The notes: generated by a model not told the origin, from the letters alone. 64,000 bases of DNA from Faecousia sp. (GCA_045589835.1 JAZNPV010000094.1:2389-66388); one strand, 5' to 3'. Positions 19,335 to 30,813 are shown, counted from the stretch's first letter. A program made the numbers and translations.

Positions 19335-20097
19335 ATGCTTTATCCGCCATGATGATCTTCTTCATGGCTTCAATGCCTACTTTGATAGCACCGCTGGTAT
19401 CCTCGGTCATGGGCATTTCCAGGCCGGCCTTTTCCCGTTCCTGATTCCACACCACATGGAAGCAGCTGCCGCAGCGCACACCCAGCGCTGCTGCTACCAC
19501 GAACAAGGCCGCGGATTCCATCTCGCTGGCCTTCACCCCCAGCCGTTTCCAGCTTTCCCATTTCTGCAAAAGTTCCCACGAAACAGGGGACTTTTCCGGC
19601 GAGTGCTGACCGTAGAAAGAGTCTTTACACTGAACAACACCCACATGGGTACGGAAGCCAAGTTCTTCACTCGCAGCCTTCAGTGCTGCCGCGATGCCAA
19701 AATCCGGTACTGCCGGGAACTCAATGGGCGCATATTCCAGCGATGTATGCTCAAACCGTACCGCACCGGTAGCTACCACCACATCCCCGGGCAGCACATC
19801 CATGGCAATACCGCCGCAGGTGCCCACCCGGATAAAGGTATCTACACCGATATTATGCAGCTCCTCCATGGCAATGGCCGCGGAAGGGCCGCCGATACCG
19901 GTGGAGCAAACGGAAACCTTCTGGTCCAGCAGGTAGCCTGTATAGATATTATACTCCCGGTTCATGCCCACATGGACCGGATTTTCAAAATGGGCAGCGA
20001 TAGCCTCGCATCTGCCCGGATCGCCGGGCAGGAAACAGTAGCGTCCCACATCCTCCGGATTGCAGCGAATATGAAACTGTGTTCCAATATCTTGCAT
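19333..20097 (-). CDS. udp: Uridine phosphorylase
   Basis: [32 protein letters not shown]. Confidence 0.93.
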   Translation of the reverse strand: MQDIGTQFHIRCNPEDVGRYCFLPGDPGRCEAIAAHFENPVHVGMNREYNIYTGYLLDQKVSVCSTGIGGPSAAIAMEELHNIGVDTFIRVGTCGGIAMDVLPGDVVVATGAVRFEHTSLEYAPIEFPAVPDFGIAAALKAASEELGFRTHVGVVQCKDSFYGQHSPEKSPVSWELLQKWESWKRLGVKASEMESAALFVVAAALGVRCGSCFHVVWNQEREKAGLEMPMTEDTSGAIKVGIEAMKKIIMADKA

Positions 20098-20109
20098 AAG
20101 AAATTCTCC

Positions 20110-23100
20110 TTAAAACAGGCTGATTTGATCCGTTTCCGGCATATCGCCAAAGGCGCCGGCTTCTTTAAGCATCTGGATATGAGTCTTGGACACCTTGGGG
20201 CAGGCAGCGGTCACTTCCTCAATGGAAAGGAACTGTTTTCCCTCCCGGCCGTTGACCAGATCCCATGCCGCACTTTCACCCAGACCGGAGATGGCCACAA
20301 AGGGAGGACGCAGCTTTCCGTCCTCAATCAGAAACTTGGTGGCATGGCTCTTATACAGGTCAATGGGCAGAAATTCCAAGCCCCGCAGATAGAATTCGTA
20401 CACCACTTCCAAGGTAGTCAGCAGATCCTCGTCCTTGGCGGTGGCGTTTTCGTTATCATCGATAGCCTTGATATTGGCCACCACCGCGTCCTTACCGTGA
20501 GTCATCAGCACCGCGTCAAAGCCGCCCTTCTGGCTGCGCCGGTAGAAATAGGCAGCATAGAAAGCAAGCGGATGATAGACCTTGAACCATGCGATCCGGA
20601 ATGCCATCATAACATAAGCCACCGCGTGAGCCTTGGGGAAAAGGTACTTGATCTTCTTGCAGGAGCCGATATACCAGTCCGGCACGCCGGCGGCGATCAT
20701 CTCTTCTTCTGCTCCATCAGGAAGGCCCTTACCCTTACGGACAGCCTCCATGATCTTAAAGGACCGTTTTTCAGGCATACCGCAGGAGATCAGATAGATC
20801 ATGATATCATCACGGCAGCCGATGGTCTGGTCAACCCTCGCGGTACCGGACACAATCAGATCCTTGGCGTTACCCAGCCACACGTCCGTTCCGTGGGTAT
20901 AGCCGGAAATACGCACCAGAAAGTCAAACTTCTCCGGCTTGGTATCCAACAGAACACCACGGGTAAAGCGGGTATTGAACTCCGGCACAGCCACCGCGCC
21001 GGTGGGGCCAAGGATAGGATCATCCTCATAGCCCAGCACCTTGGAAGAGGTGAAGATGGACATGGTGTTTTTATCGTCCAGAGGGATCAGCTTGGCATCC
21101 ACCCCGGTCATATCCTCCATCATACGGATCATGGTAGGGTCATCGTGACCCAGCATATCCAGCTTCAGAAGATTTTCTTCCATGGAGTGGTATTCAAAAT
21201 GGGTAGTGATCTGGTCGGAATTGGGGTCGTCCGCCGGGTGCTGCACCGGGCAAAAGTCCCAGATCTCATTCTCCTGCGGAATAACTACAAGGCCGCCGGG
21301 ATGCTGACCGGTGGTACGGCGCACGCCTACGCAGCCGGCAGCCAATCTGGCCTTTTCCGCATTGGAGGCAGTCTTACCACGCTCTTCCAGATACTTTTTC
21401 ACGTAGCCGAATGCCGTCTTTTCTGCCACGCTTCCCACGGTGCCTGCCCGGAAAACATGGGATTTTCCGAACATTTCCGTACAGTAGGCATGGGCTCTGG
21501 CCTGATATTCACCGGAGAAGTTCAGGTCGATATCCGGCACCTTGTCGCCGCCGAAACCCAGGAATGTTTCAAAGGGGATATTAAATCCCTCTTTGGCATA
21601 GGCCGTACCGCACTTGGGGCAAACCGCATCCGGCAAGTCCGCACCGCACTCAAAGCCCTTGGGCACATCAAAGGTAGTATACTTGCACTCCGGATTGGGG
21701 CAACGGTAGTGGGGCGGGAAGGAATTAACCTCCGTAATACCGGACATGTAAGCCACAATGGACGAGCCAACAGAGCCACGGGAGCCTACCAGATAGCCAT
21801 TTTCCAGCGAGTTCTGCACCAGCTTCTGGGCGGACATGTAAATCACATCATAGTGACAGTTGATAATATCATTCAGTTCCGTTTCCACGCGCTTGACGAT
21901 CAGCTCCGGCGGATTCTCGCCGTAAAGCCTATGCATCTTGCCGTAAACCAGTTCTTTCAGATCCTCCACGGAGTTTTCGATCTTGGGGGCGAACAGATTG
22001 TGAGGCACAGGACGCATAGTCTCGCACATATCCGCAATCAGATTGGGATTGGTGACCACGATCTCATAAGCCTTTTCCTGCCCCAGATAGGAGAATTCCT
22101 CCAGCATCTCATCGGTGGTACGGAAATACAGCGGATTGGGCTTGTCCGCATCCTCAAAGCCCTTGGTAGCCAGCAGAATGTGGCGGAATATCTCATCCTC
22201 GGGATTGAGAAAATGCACGTCACCGGTGGCAACCACCATTTTACCCATTTCCTCACCCAATCGCACGATGGTGCGGTTAAAGTCCCGGAGCTGTTCTTCG
22301 TCCTTGGCCTGCCCCTTTTCCAGCATAAAGCGGTTGTTGGAAATGGGCTGCACCTCCAGATAGTCGTAGAACGACGCAATACGCTTCAGTTCTTCATCGC
22401 CCGCGCCCTTAATGACCGCTTGGAACAGCTCGTTTGCCTCGCAGGCAGAGCCGATAATCAGGCCCTCCCGAAGCTTCATCAGCTCCGATTTCAGAATTCT
22501 GGGTACACGCTTAAAGTGGTACAGATTTGCTTCCGAGATCAGCTGATAGAGATTCCGCAGGCCGATCTGATTTTTGGCAAACAGGATAATATGCTGAGCG
22601 TGGCGGCTTTCCCGGCGGGCAGCAGAGCGGATCGGCTCCATAGCCTTGTTCACCGCCTGCAGAGAGGATACCCCCATCTGCTGGAGCTTTTCCAGCATCT
22701 TTGCCATCACAAGTCCGCAAATCACTGCGTCATCTGCCGCTCTGTGGTGGTTAAACTCCGGCAGATTCAAGGCATCCGCCACGATGTTCAGCTTGAATTT
22801 ATTCAGCTCCGGCATCAGATTCTGCGAAAGAACCAGCGTATCGGCAGAGGTATACTTGTATTCATAACCCAGCCGCCCACACTCAGCGCGGATAAAGCTG
22901 GTATCGAAGTCCGCGTTGTGGGCAACCAATACCCTGTCTCCCACAAATTCCAGAAACTTGGGAAGCGCTTCTTCAATCAGCGGCGCACCCCGTAGCATTT
23001 CGTCGGTAATGCCGGTCAGTTCTGTGGTTTCTCTTTGCAGCGGCCTCTCAGGATCCACAAAGGTCTGGAACCGGTCGATCTCCTGCCCATCACGCATGAT

Positions 23101-24417
23101 AACCGCGCCGATCTCAATGATCCGGTCCGTACGGAAGGAAAGACCGGTAGTCTCCAGATCGAAGGCCACATATTCCCCGTCAAAGGCCATATCCCGGCTG
23201 CCCTTCACTGCCACCTTGTCGTCCACATCGTTCACATAGTAGCCCTCACAGCCGTAAAGGATCTTGATGGTATCGTCCGTACCGGCCACCTTGGGCGCGC
23301 CCTTCCAATCCTCCACCGTATGCAGGGCGTCCGTAAAGGACTGCACACAGCCATGGTCCGTAATGGCAATGGCCCGGTGTCCCCATGCAGCTGCCTGCTT
23401 AATAGCCTTTTTGGTGCTGGTCAGCGCGTCCATGTTGCTCATGGTAGTGTGCAGATGCAGTTCCACCCGCTTAGCGCCAACGGCTGTATCTTTCCGCTTC
23501 GGCATAGAGCCGGGCATGATTGCAAAGGGCTTCAAGACTGTCTCATTGGTGAAGTTATCCACCATCAGCTTGCCCTGCACCTTCACCACATCCCCATCCT
23601 TCACGCCATCCAGAATGGGCTTGGCTTCTTTATTTTCCAGAAAACGGCTTACCCGAACAGAGCCGTAATTGTCTGTCATGTCAAAATTGATGACCCATGC
23701 GTTTCGCTTGGTCAATTCCTTATGCTCCAAATGGAAGACCCGGCCCTCCACGATAATGCTGCCCATGTTCAGATCCAGCTCCTGCATGGGTACCGGATTG
23801 CCCTTAAAGGGCTTTCCGTAGATCGCGTCGGATTCCTGGGACTTGACCTCTTTCTTCGGCTCTTCACCCGCATGCTTAGGCAGATCAGCCATCAAAGATC
23901 CCCGCATTCTTTCCATGGCGTCAAACAACGCCTGTCCCTGCAGGATCTCCCCTGCCCGGATCTCTATCGTTACATCTGTTCCAAACCGCTCCCGCAAACT
24001 ACGGCATACCGCACCGCAGCATTCCTCCAGTTCCGCCTTGCCGTTGGCAATCAGTTGGATCACCAGCGCAGTATCCTCCCAGCTCCACTTAGCGCCGGCA
24101 AGAGAACCCCGGCACATGGAATTCTGTGCCACAAACAGGTTCATCAGTTCTTCCGGCTCGATCATGGTCAGTTGGTCAGCCGGATGGGTCGCAAGCAGTT
24201 CCAGCTTTTGCAGACCATACTGGGCGGCAATTTCCTGTGCCGCTTGATTCAAAAGCCTTTGGGGTATGTACCTAGCTGTGTGAATCACCACCGAGACTGT
24301 GCGGCTTGCCGGGTCAATATCCGCAGCCGCAATGGCCGCCTGAGAAAGCAGCGCTTGCAGCGGCTCAGGCGGCTCATAGTCCGGAAACATATTCAAAAAA
24401 TGTACATTTTCACTCAT
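20110..24417 (-). CDS. polC: PolC-type DNA polymerase III alpha subunit
   Basis: ELHLHT PHP domain, inserted DEDDh exonuclease (FDLETTG), SRGSVGSS, PDIDLNFS, YLFPKAHA. Confidence 0.98.
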   Translation of the reverse strand: MSENVHFLNMFPDYEPPEPLQALLSQAAIAAADIDPASRTVSVVIHTARYIPQRLLNQAAQEIAAQYGLQKLELLATHPADQLTMIEPEELMNLFVAQNSMCRGSLAGAKWSWEDTALVIQLIANGKAELEECCGAVCRSLRERFGTDVTIEIRAGEILQGQALFDAMERMRGSLMADLPKHAGEEPKKEVKSQESDAIYGKPFKGNPVPMQELDLNMGSIIVEGRVFHLEHKELTKRNAWVINFDMTDNYGSVRVSRFLENKEAKPILDGVKDGDVVKVQGKLMVDNFTNETVLKPFAIMPGSMPKRKDTAVGAKRVELHLHTTMSNMDALTSTKKAIKQAAAWGHRAIAITDHGCVQSFTDALHTVEDWKGAPKVAGTDDTIKILYGCEGYYVNDVDDKVAVKGSRDMAFDGEYVAFDLETTGLSFRTDRIIEIGAVIMRDGQEIDRFQTFVDPERPLQRETTELTGITDEMLRGAPLIEEALPKFLEFVGDRVLVAHNADFDTSFIRAECGRLGYEYKYTSADTLVLSQNLMPELNKFKLNIVADALNLPEFNHHRAADDAVICGLVMAKMLEKLQQMGVSSLQAVNKAMEPIRSAARRESRHAQHIILFAKNQIGLRNLYQLISEANLYHFKRVPRILKSELMKLREGLIIGSACEANELFQAVIKGAGDEELKRIASFYDYLEVQPISNNRFMLEKGQAKDEEQLRDFNRTIVRLGEEMGKMVVATGDVHFLNPEDEIFRHILLATKGFEDADKPNPLYFRTTDEMLEEFSYLGQEKAYEIVVTNPNLIADMCETMRPVPHNLFAPKIENSVEDLKELVYGKMHRLYGENPPELIVKRVETELNDIINCHYDVIYMSAQKLVQNSLENGYLVGSRGSVGSSIVAYMSGITEVNSFPPHYRCPNPECKYTTFDVPKGFECGADLPDAVCPKCGTAYAKEGFNIPFETFLGFGGDKVPDIDLNFSGEYQARAHAYCTEMFGKSHVFRAGTVGSVAEKTAFGYVKKYLEERGKTASNAEKARLAAGCVGVRRTTGQHPGGLVVIPQENEIWDFCPVQHPADDPNSDQITTHFEYHSMEENLLKLDMLGHDDPTMIRMMEDMTGVDAKLIPLDDKNTMSIFTSSKVLGYEDDPILGPTGAVAVPEFNTRFTRGVLLDTKPEKFDFLVRISGYTHGTDVWLGNAKDLIVSGTARVDQTIGCRDDIMIYLISCGMPEKRSFKIMEAVRKGKGLPDGAEEEMIAAGVPDWYIGSCKKIKYLFPKAHAVAYVMMAFRIAWFKVYHPLAFYAAYFYRRSQKGGFDAVLMTHGKDAVVANIKAIDDNENATAKDEDLLTTLEVVYEFYLRGLEFLPIDLYKSHATKFLIEDGKLRPPFVAISGLGESAAWDLVNGREGKQFLSIEEVTAACPKVSKTHIQMLKEAGAFGDMPETDQISLF

Positions 24418-24424
24418 AGCTTCC

Positions 24425-25462
24425 TCAAAGCAGTTCAATTCTCTTTAATAGTGCAGGTAAAAGCTGCTCATAGGGCAATTTTTCGATCTGCTGCCCCTTT
24501 TCAAACAGCATACCGCAGCCGTCGCCGCCGGCAATGCCGATATCCGCTTCCCGGGCTTCCCCGGGGCCGTTGACGATACAGCCCATGACTGCCACGGTGA
24601 TGGGCTTCTCGCAGTCTTTCAGCGCCTGCTCCACTTGATTCACAAGCCCGATTAGGTCAATATTCGTCCGTCCGCAGGTAGGACAGGAAATAATGTTCAC
24701 GCCCTCCTTGCGCAGTCCTGCCGCCTTTAGAATATCCTTGGCTGCATAAACTTCTTCCACCGGATCATCGGTCAGACTTACGCGAATGGTATCACCGATG
24801 CCGTCCAATAATAGCGCACCGATACCCATAGCGGACTTCATAAGTCCCATTCGCACGGGGCCAGTTTCCGTCACGCCGATGTGGATAGGATAATCGCATT
24901 TCTCCCGGAACAGCCGGGCTGCCGCCACCATGGTTGGTACATTAGAGGATTTCATGGACACACAGGTGTCATAAAAGCCGAACTTCTCCAACAGTTCCAA
25001 ATGGCCGAAAGCGCTTTCCACCAATGCTTCCGCAGTGGGATGGCCGTACTTTTCCAGCAGCTTTTTCTCCAGAGAGCCGCCGTTGACGCCGATGCGGATA
25101 GGGATATGGCGTTCCTTGCAGACCGCAACCACTGCCTGCACCCGGTCGTTGCCACCGATGTTGCCGGGGTTAATGCGGATCTTGGCCGCACCGCCCTCCG
25201 CTGCCGCGATAGCCAGCTTATAGTCAAAATGGATATCCGCCACCAAGGGCAAAGGAGACTCCCTGCAAATATCTCCAAAAGTCTTTGCTGCCTCCATATT
25301 GGGAACAGCCAGACGGGCGATCTGGCAGCCCGCCTGCTTCAGCTGCCGTAGCTGAGCCAAACTTCCCTCGATATCTGTGGTCTTTGTATTCAGCATGGAC
25401 TGGATCACCACCGGCGCACCGCCGCCAATGGGGATACCGCCCACATGAATTTGTCTTGTCAT
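24425..25462 (-). CDS. ispG: HMBPP synthase
   Basis: ADIHFD, RINPGNIG, SCPTCGR, MGCIVNGPGE. Confidence 0.97.
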   Translation of the reverse strand: MTRQIHVGGIPIGGGAPVVIQSMLNTKTTDIEGSLAQLRQLKQAGCQIARLAVPNMEAAKTFGDICRESPLPLVADIHFDYKLAIAAAEGGAAKIRINPGNIGGNDRVQAVVAVCKERHIPIRIGVNGGSLEKKLLEKYGHPTAEALVESAFGHLELLEKFGFYDTCVSMKSSNVPTMVAAARLFREKCDYPIHIGVTETGPVRMGLMKSAMGIGALLLDGIGDTIRVSLTDDPVEEVYAAKDILKAAGLRKEGVNIISCPTCGRTNIDLIGLVNQVEQALKDCEKPITVAVMGCIVNGPGEAREADIGIAGGDGCGMLFEKGQQIEKLPYEQLLPALLKRIELL

Positions 25463-25467
25463 AGGTC

Positions 25468-26529
25468 TTACCCCTTAAAAATAAAGAAAATATCTTTGAA
25501 CAGGATCACTGCCATCAGCGCCAGCAGCAAGATCATGCCTGCGCCGTGGATATAACCCTCGTATTTGGGATTGATCTTTTTTCTGGTAATGGCTTCAATA
25601 CCGGTGGTCAGAAGCAAGCCAACCACCCGTCCGCCATCCAGCGCCGGAATAGGCAGCAAATTCATAACGCCCAGATTCAATGCGATCATGCCGCCAAAAG
25701 ACAGCATGTTGAGAAGCGCATTTTTGGCACTGTCAGAAGCCTCTGCCACATCGGACATATATTTCACAATGCCTACCGGACCGGTCATATCCTTGAGTCC
25801 TGCCTGCCCTGTCACCAGCATCTGCAAACTCAGCCGCACATTTCGCACATTATCCACGCAGACCCGCCAGACATAGTCCAGCTTGCCCCAGAAATCCGTC
25901 TGTTTTTTCTGTCCGATGGTAAACCCGTAGTGTAGATACTCCTGTCCTTCCTCGTTCACATGGGTATGGCCCATGGTCAGGTTCTCCAACACGATCCGCT
26001 CTCCGTTCCGGAGCACCGTAATGTCATGCTCTACCGTGTTATTCAAGCTCAGAATCAGCGTAACATCGCCGTTGATATATATTTTTTCCCCATCCAGCTC
26101 CAGAATCTCATCGCCAAGCTGCAGTCCCTGCTCATGGTTAAACATGCAGCAATCGCTGAATTCAACGATTTGCGGAACTACAATTTGGTTGCCCGGCAAA
26201 TACAAAACAGCAAAAATCAAAAAGCCTGCGATAAAATTCATGAAAGCACCGGCCACCAAGATGATAAGCCGTTTCCACCATGCTGCCTTTTGGAAAGAAC
26301 GGGGATTGTCCGTATCCGTGTCCTCGCCCTCCATGGCACAGTAGCCGCCAATAGGGATGCACCGGATGGAATACTGGGTTTCACCCCGCTGCCACTTCAC
26401 GATGGTAGGCCCCATAAACATGGCAAACTCATTGACCTGCACACCAGAAGCCTTGGCCGCCAGAAAATGGCCCAACTCATGGACAAATATTAAAATACTG
26501 AACAAAAGGATCGCAAAAATAATGCTCAT
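25468..26529 (-). CDS. rseP: RIP metalloprotease RseP
   Basis: HELGH, PDZ-like segment, NLLPIPALDGG. Confidence 0.95.
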   Translation of the reverse strand: MSIIFAILLFSILIFVHELGHFLAAKASGVQVNEFAMFMGPTIVKWQRGETQYSIRCIPIGGYCAMEGEDTDTDNPRSFQKAAWWKRLIILVAGAFMNFIAGFLIFAVLYLPGNQIVVPQIVEFSDCCMFNHEQGLQLGDEILELDGEKIYINGDVTLILSLNNTVEHDITVLRNGERIVLENLTMGHTHVNEEGQEYLHYGFTIGQKKQTDFWGKLDYVWRVCVDNVRNVRLSLQMLVTGQAGLKDMTGPVGIVKYMSDVAEASDSAKNALLNMLSFGGMIALNLGVMNLLPIPALDGGRVVGLLLTTGIEAITRKKINPKYEGYIHGAGMILLLALMAVILFKDIFFIFKG

Positions 26530-26542
26530 AACAGTCCTCGCA

Positions 26543-27682
26543 TTAAATAAATTGGCGCACTGCCAGACGGGCAAGCCTGTCAGCCTCCAGAATCTGCTCC
26601 AAATCGGGATTCTGGACAAAGGGAACCGCGTCCACCGCCTTGGCTACCAGATCGTAAATATCATAAAAACCGATCTTATCCTGCAAAAACAGGGCAACTG
26701 CCTCTTCATTGGCACCGTTCATGGCAGAACAGGCTGTACCGCCCAGCACTGCGCACTTTCTTGCCAGTGCCAAGCAGGGAAACGCCTCCATGTCCGGTGC
26801 TGCGAAGGTCAGCGCGCCGCATGTTGTCAGATCCAGCGGCTCCACAGGACACTCCGTCCGGGCAGGATAGGTCATGGCAAGCTGGATGGGAAGGCGCATA
26901 TCGGGACTTCCCAGCTGAGCCATCACCGCACCGTCCGTATACTCCACCAGAGAATGGACGATGCTCTGCCGATGGATCAGTACATCCACCTTGGAAAGGG
27001 GCAGCTCATACAGCCGCATGGCTTCGATTACTTCCAAGCCCTTATTCATAAGGGTAGCACAGTCGATGGTAATTTTTGCACCCATCTTCCAATTGGGATG
27101 TTTCAGCGCATCTGCCTTGGTCACCGTACCCAATTCTTCCCGGCTTTTGCCGTAGAAGGGGCCGCCGGAGCAGGTCAGCAGCAAGCGCTTTACTTCCCGC
27201 TTATCACCGCAGCCCATCAGGCACTGGAAAATCGCGGAATGTTCCGAATCCACCGGAATGATCTGGGCATTGTACTTTTTCGCCTCTGCCATGACCAGTT
27301 CACCGGCGCAGACCATAGTCTCCTTGTTGGCAAGACCAATCCGCTTTCCTTGCCGGATGGCAGCCAGCGTGGGTTTCAAGCCCACCATACCCACTATGGC
27401 GGTAATCACGCAGTCCGCCTGCGGGATGGTTGCAGCTTGAATCAAGCCCTCTTCTCCCCATGCGACTTCCTGTTCCGGAAGTTCTTTCTGCAGCTGCTCC
27501 GCTGCTTCACGGGTAGCCATAACAGCCAGTTGGGGCCGGTATTTGCGGCACTGCTCTGCCATACGTTCTACATTGCTGCCGGCGGTCAGCGCCGCTACAG
27601 GCAGGCCCAGATGTTCAATAATGTCCAGACTCTGCCGGCCGATAGAACCGGTAGAGCCTAATATACTTACACAATTTACCAT
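26543..27682 (-). CDS. dxr: 1-deoxy-D-xylulose-5-phosphate reductoisomerase
   Basis: LGSTGSIG, LANKE, PVDSEHSA, MGAKITID. Confidence 0.97.
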   Translation of the reverse strand: MVNCVSILGSTGSIGRQSLDIIEHLGLPVAALTAGSNVERMAEQCRKYRPQLAVMATREAAEQLQKELPEQEVAWGEEGLIQAATIPQADCVITAIVGMVGLKPTLAAIRQGKRIGLANKETMVCAGELVMAEAKKYNAQIIPVDSEHSAIFQCLMGCGDKREVKRLLLTCSGGPFYGKSREELGTVTKADALKHPNWKMGAKITIDCATLMNKGLEVIEAMRLYELPLSKVDVLIHRQSIVHSLVEYTDGAVMAQLGSPDMRLPIQLAMTYPARTECPVEPLDLTTCGALTFAAPDMEAFPCLALARKCAVLGGTACSAMNGANEEAVALFLQDKIGFYDIYDLVAKAVDAVPFVQNPDLEQILEADRLARLAVRQFI

Positions 27683-28498
27683 TTATTTCACCGCCACAGG
27701 CAGCAGAAGCAGCAACGCCTCTGCCAAAGGTGCCACGAGGGTCATGGAATCAAAACGGTCCAGAACGCCGCCGTGGCCGGGAATCAGATTGCCGTAATCC
27801 TTGATGCCCACCTGCCTCTTGATTGCAGAAAAGCTCAAGTCGCCAAATACCGCAGCCAGAGATCCCAGCAGGCCGTACAGAGCCGCATACAGATAATTGA
27901 CCTGAAAATCAAAGACCCGGTTCAATATCAGGCAGTACAGCAGCATGCCCAGAATAGCTGCAGCCACACCGCCGATCACACCCTCTACGGTTTTCTTAGG
28001 GCTGATGACCGGTGCCAGCTTATGCTTACCCAAAAAACAGCCCACAAAATAGGCGCCCGTATCGGACAAAAAGGCCAGCACAAAGGGAAGCAGAATCAAA
28101 AATTGGCCGTTTTCACCGCTGCGAATCCGTACCAACGCACTGAGCAGAAAGGGAATCAGCAATCCGCCTGCCAGGCACACGGTGATGCTTTCATAAGGAA
28201 GCTTTGCATGGGAGTGCAGAACTTCTCCATACAGGACTCCACAGAATACCAGTATTCCCAAAAGTGCGGGAGCGTAACCCATACCGAAGTGGCTCCACAG
28301 GCTCACCAGCACACTCATTACAACAGTATAAATAATAAGCCGGGGCTGCTTTACCAGACCGGTGCCATACAGCAATTCATAGGCACCTACCGCAGACATC
28401 AGTCCCACAAGTACAGCGGTACAGACCGGGGGCAGCACCAGAATCACCACAAGCAGCAGCGGAAGCAAAGCAGCCGCCGCAAGGATCCGAGTTTTCAT
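27683..28498 (-). CDS. cdsA: Phosphatidate cytidylyltransferase
   Basis: ISPKKTVEG, KDYGNLIPGHGGVLDRFDS. Confidence 0.96.
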   Translation of the reverse strand: MKTRILAAAALLPLLLVVILVLPPVCTAVLVGLMSAVGAYELLYGTGLVKQPRLIIYTVVMSVLVSLWSHFGMGYAPALLGILVFCGVLYGEVLHSHAKLPYESITVCLAGGLLIPFLLSALVRIRSGENGQFLILLPFVLAFLSDTGAYFVGCFLGKHKLAPVISPKKTVEGVIGGVAAAILGMLLYCLILNRVFDFQVNYLYAALYGLLGSLAAVFGDLSFSAIKRQVGIKDYGNLIPGHGGVLDRFDSMTLVAPLAEALLLLLPVAVK

Positions 28499-28501
28499 AG
28501 T

Positions 28502-29230
28502 TTATACGCCTCCAAAACGGCGGTTACGCCGGTTATATTCCGCAATGGCCTGATCCAGATCATCCGGTTGAAAATCCGGCCACAGAACATCCATAAATAC
28601 ATATTCCGAGTATGCAGACTGCCACAGCAGGAAATTGCTGGTGCGCATCTCCCCGGAGGGCCGGATAATCAGTTCCGGATCCGGTACGTCCGCGGAATAC
28701 AGGTAACCGGACAGCATTTGTTCCGTCAGCTCCTCCGGTTTTCTCTTTCCCTGCGACACATCTGCCGCAAAAGCCTGTGCTGCCTTGACGATCTCATCCC
28801 GGCCTCCGTAATTCAGGCAGAAGTTCACCTGTACCTGTCCAAAACCTTTTGAGCGCTCCTCCGCATCCCTGCACAGCTTCTGCAACTGGGGACTGAGTCT
28901 TGTCAGATCACCAAAAAACTGAAACCGGACATGGTTCTTTTCCATATCCCGCAGCGCTTCGGAAAGATACTTCCCAAGCAGCTTCATAATACCGGATACT
29001 TCCTCCTCCGAGCGTTTCCAGTTTTCAGTGGAAAAAGCGTAGACCGTTAAATACTCCACACCCAGAGTGCGGCAATAATTGGCTGTACGGCGGAAAGCCT
29101 CCGCACCGGCAGCATGGCCGGCAGTACGGGGCAGTCCCCGCTTCTTTGCCCAGCGGCCGTTACCATCCATAATAATGGCGATATGCCGGGGTACAGGACC
29201 GATATTTTTCTGTTCGTCGGACATTGCCAT
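28502..29230 (-). CDS. uppS: Undecaprenyl diphosphate synthase
   Basis: HIAIIMDGNGRWA, FSTENW, SNFLLWQ. Confidence 0.97.
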   Translation of the reverse strand: MAMSDEQKNIGPVPRHIAIIMDGNGRWAKKRGLPRTAGHAAGAEAFRRTANYCRTLGVEYLTVYAFSTENWKRSEEEVSGIMKLLGKYLSEALRDMEKNHVRFQFFGDLTRLSPQLQKLCRDAEERSKGFGQVQVNFCLNYGGRDEIVKAAQAFAADVSQGKRKPEELTEQMLSGYLYSADVPDPELIIRPSGEMRTSNFLLWQSAYSEYVFMDVLWPDFQPDDLDQAIAEYNRRNRRFGGV

Positions 29231-29294
29231 GTTCTAACCTCGCTTGCATAAAATAGCGGTATTGGGGGCGCAAGCGCCCCCAATTTCACGGCTT

Positions 29295-29849
29295 TCAGAT
29301 TGCCATCAATTCCTTTTCCTTGGCTGCGGTTGCCTCGTCGACCCTCTTGATATTCTTATCCAGCATATCCTGCAGGTCCTTTTCTGCCTTCTTCTGCTCA
29401 TCTTCGGTGATCTCAGAATTCTTCTTCAGCTTCTTCACGTAATCCATGCCGTCACGGCGGATGTTACGCATAGCAACCTTAGCATCCTCAGCATACTTCT
29501 TAACCTGCTTGGTCAGTTCCTTACGGCGCTCCTCCGTCAGCTGGGGGAATACCAGCCGGATCACCTTGCCGTCATTCTGGGGATTGATGCCCAAATCGCT
29601 GGTCTGGATCGCCTTCTGGATCTCCTTCAGCAGGCTGGAATCCCAGGGCTGGACTACCAGAGTACGTGCATCGGGAGAAGAAATGGTGGCCACGCCGTTC
29701 AGGGGTGTTTCACTGCCATAATATTCAACCGTGATGCGGTCCAGAACCTTTGCATTGGCACGGCCTGCGCGAACAGCACCAAATTCCTCTGCCAGATGGT
29801 CCAGAGCCTTGTCCATTCTTCTTCCGTATTCCTTAAAATCTACGCTCAT
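29295..29849 (-). CDS. frr: Ribosome recycling factor
   Basis: RAGRAN, LTEERRKEL, RNIRRD. Confidence 0.97.
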   Translation of the reverse strand: MSVDFKEYGRRMDKALDHLAEEFGAVRAGRANAKVLDRITVEYYGSETPLNGVATISSPDARTLVVQPWDSSLLKEIQKAIQTSDLGINPQNDGKVIRLVFPQLTEERRKELTKQVKKYAEDAKVAMRNIRRDGMDYVKKLKKNSEITEDEQKKAEKDLQDMLDKNIKRVDEATAAKEKELMAI

Positions 29850-29867
29850 GTCATTTCCTCCTAAAAA

Positions 29868-30596
29868 TTAATTGGTAACGGTGGTTCCGATCTTCTCGCC
29901 GCAAACCACGCGGATAATGCTGTTTTCCTCTGCCAGACCGAAGCAGACCATAGGAATATGATTGTCCATAGCCAATGCCATAGCTGTGGTATCCGTGGCC
30001 TTCAAGCCCTTGTCCAGCACTTCGTTATAGGTCAGGCTGTCAAACTTGACAGCAGCAGGATCTTTTTTGGGATCTGCAGAGTAAATACCGTCAATGTTCT
30101 TTGCCATCAGGATTGCGTCCGCTTCGATCTCCACGCCCCGAAGCACTGCGCCGGTGTCGGTGGAGAAATAGGGGTTGCCGGTTCCTGCCGCAAACAGCAC
30201 CACCTTTCCCTCGTTCAGATAGCGGTTGGCCGTATCTCTTGTAAAGTATTCGGCAAACTTGTGCATCTCAACAGCGGTAAGTACCCGGGCATCGAGCCCA
30301 TGCTCTTCAAGCGCATCGGCTACTGCAATGCAGTTCATCACCGTAGCCAGCATACCCATAGCATCCGCATGGGAACGCTGCATCTTGCCCTCTCCGTTTT
30401 TCACGCCGCGCCAGAAGTTGCCGCCGCCGATCACAAGCCCCACCTGCACACCCATCTGCACACATTCTTTAATAGAATTGCAAACTGCGTTGATCTTGGT
30501 AAAATCCAGACCGAAGCCGTCGCCGCCGGCGGTTTTCTGTCCAAGCGCTTCACCGCTGACCTTCAGCAGGATGCGCTTATATTTGATCTCACGCAT
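29868..30596 (-). CDS. pyrH: UMP kinase
   Basis: LLKVSGEAL, GGGNFWRG, GNPYFSTD. Confidence 0.97.
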   Translation of the reverse strand: MREIKYKRILLKVSGEALGQKTAGGDGFGLDFTKINAVCNSIKECVQMGVQVGLVIGGGNFWRGVKNGEGKMQRSHADAMGMLATVMNCIAVADALEEHGLDARVLTAVEMHKFAEYFTRDTANRYLNEGKVVLFAAGTGNPYFSTDTGAVLRGVEIEADAILMAKNIDGIYSADPKKDPAAVKFDSLTYNEVLDKGLKATDTTAMALAMDNHIPMVCFGLAEENSIIRVVCGEKIGTTVTN

Positions 30597-30813
30597 ACCG
30601 TATCACCCCTTCTTTCATATCCTTTCCTATTTTATAATAAGACTGGCAAATTGACAACCACAATTTATCATTTTTCCGAAAATGTTTTCCCAAAATTCAT
30701 AATATTGACACCGGACAGGTAATTCCTCCGGAATATTCCGGTTTTCCAGTTGCAAAACCTGCGTCAATGGGTTATAATATCTGGGAATTTTAGCAAAAGA
30801 GAGGATGCTTACA

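Noticed and set aside
19456-22995. 1179-aa plus-strand ORF
   Set aside because: Antisense shadow of polC and udp caused by codon bias; no recognisable motifs
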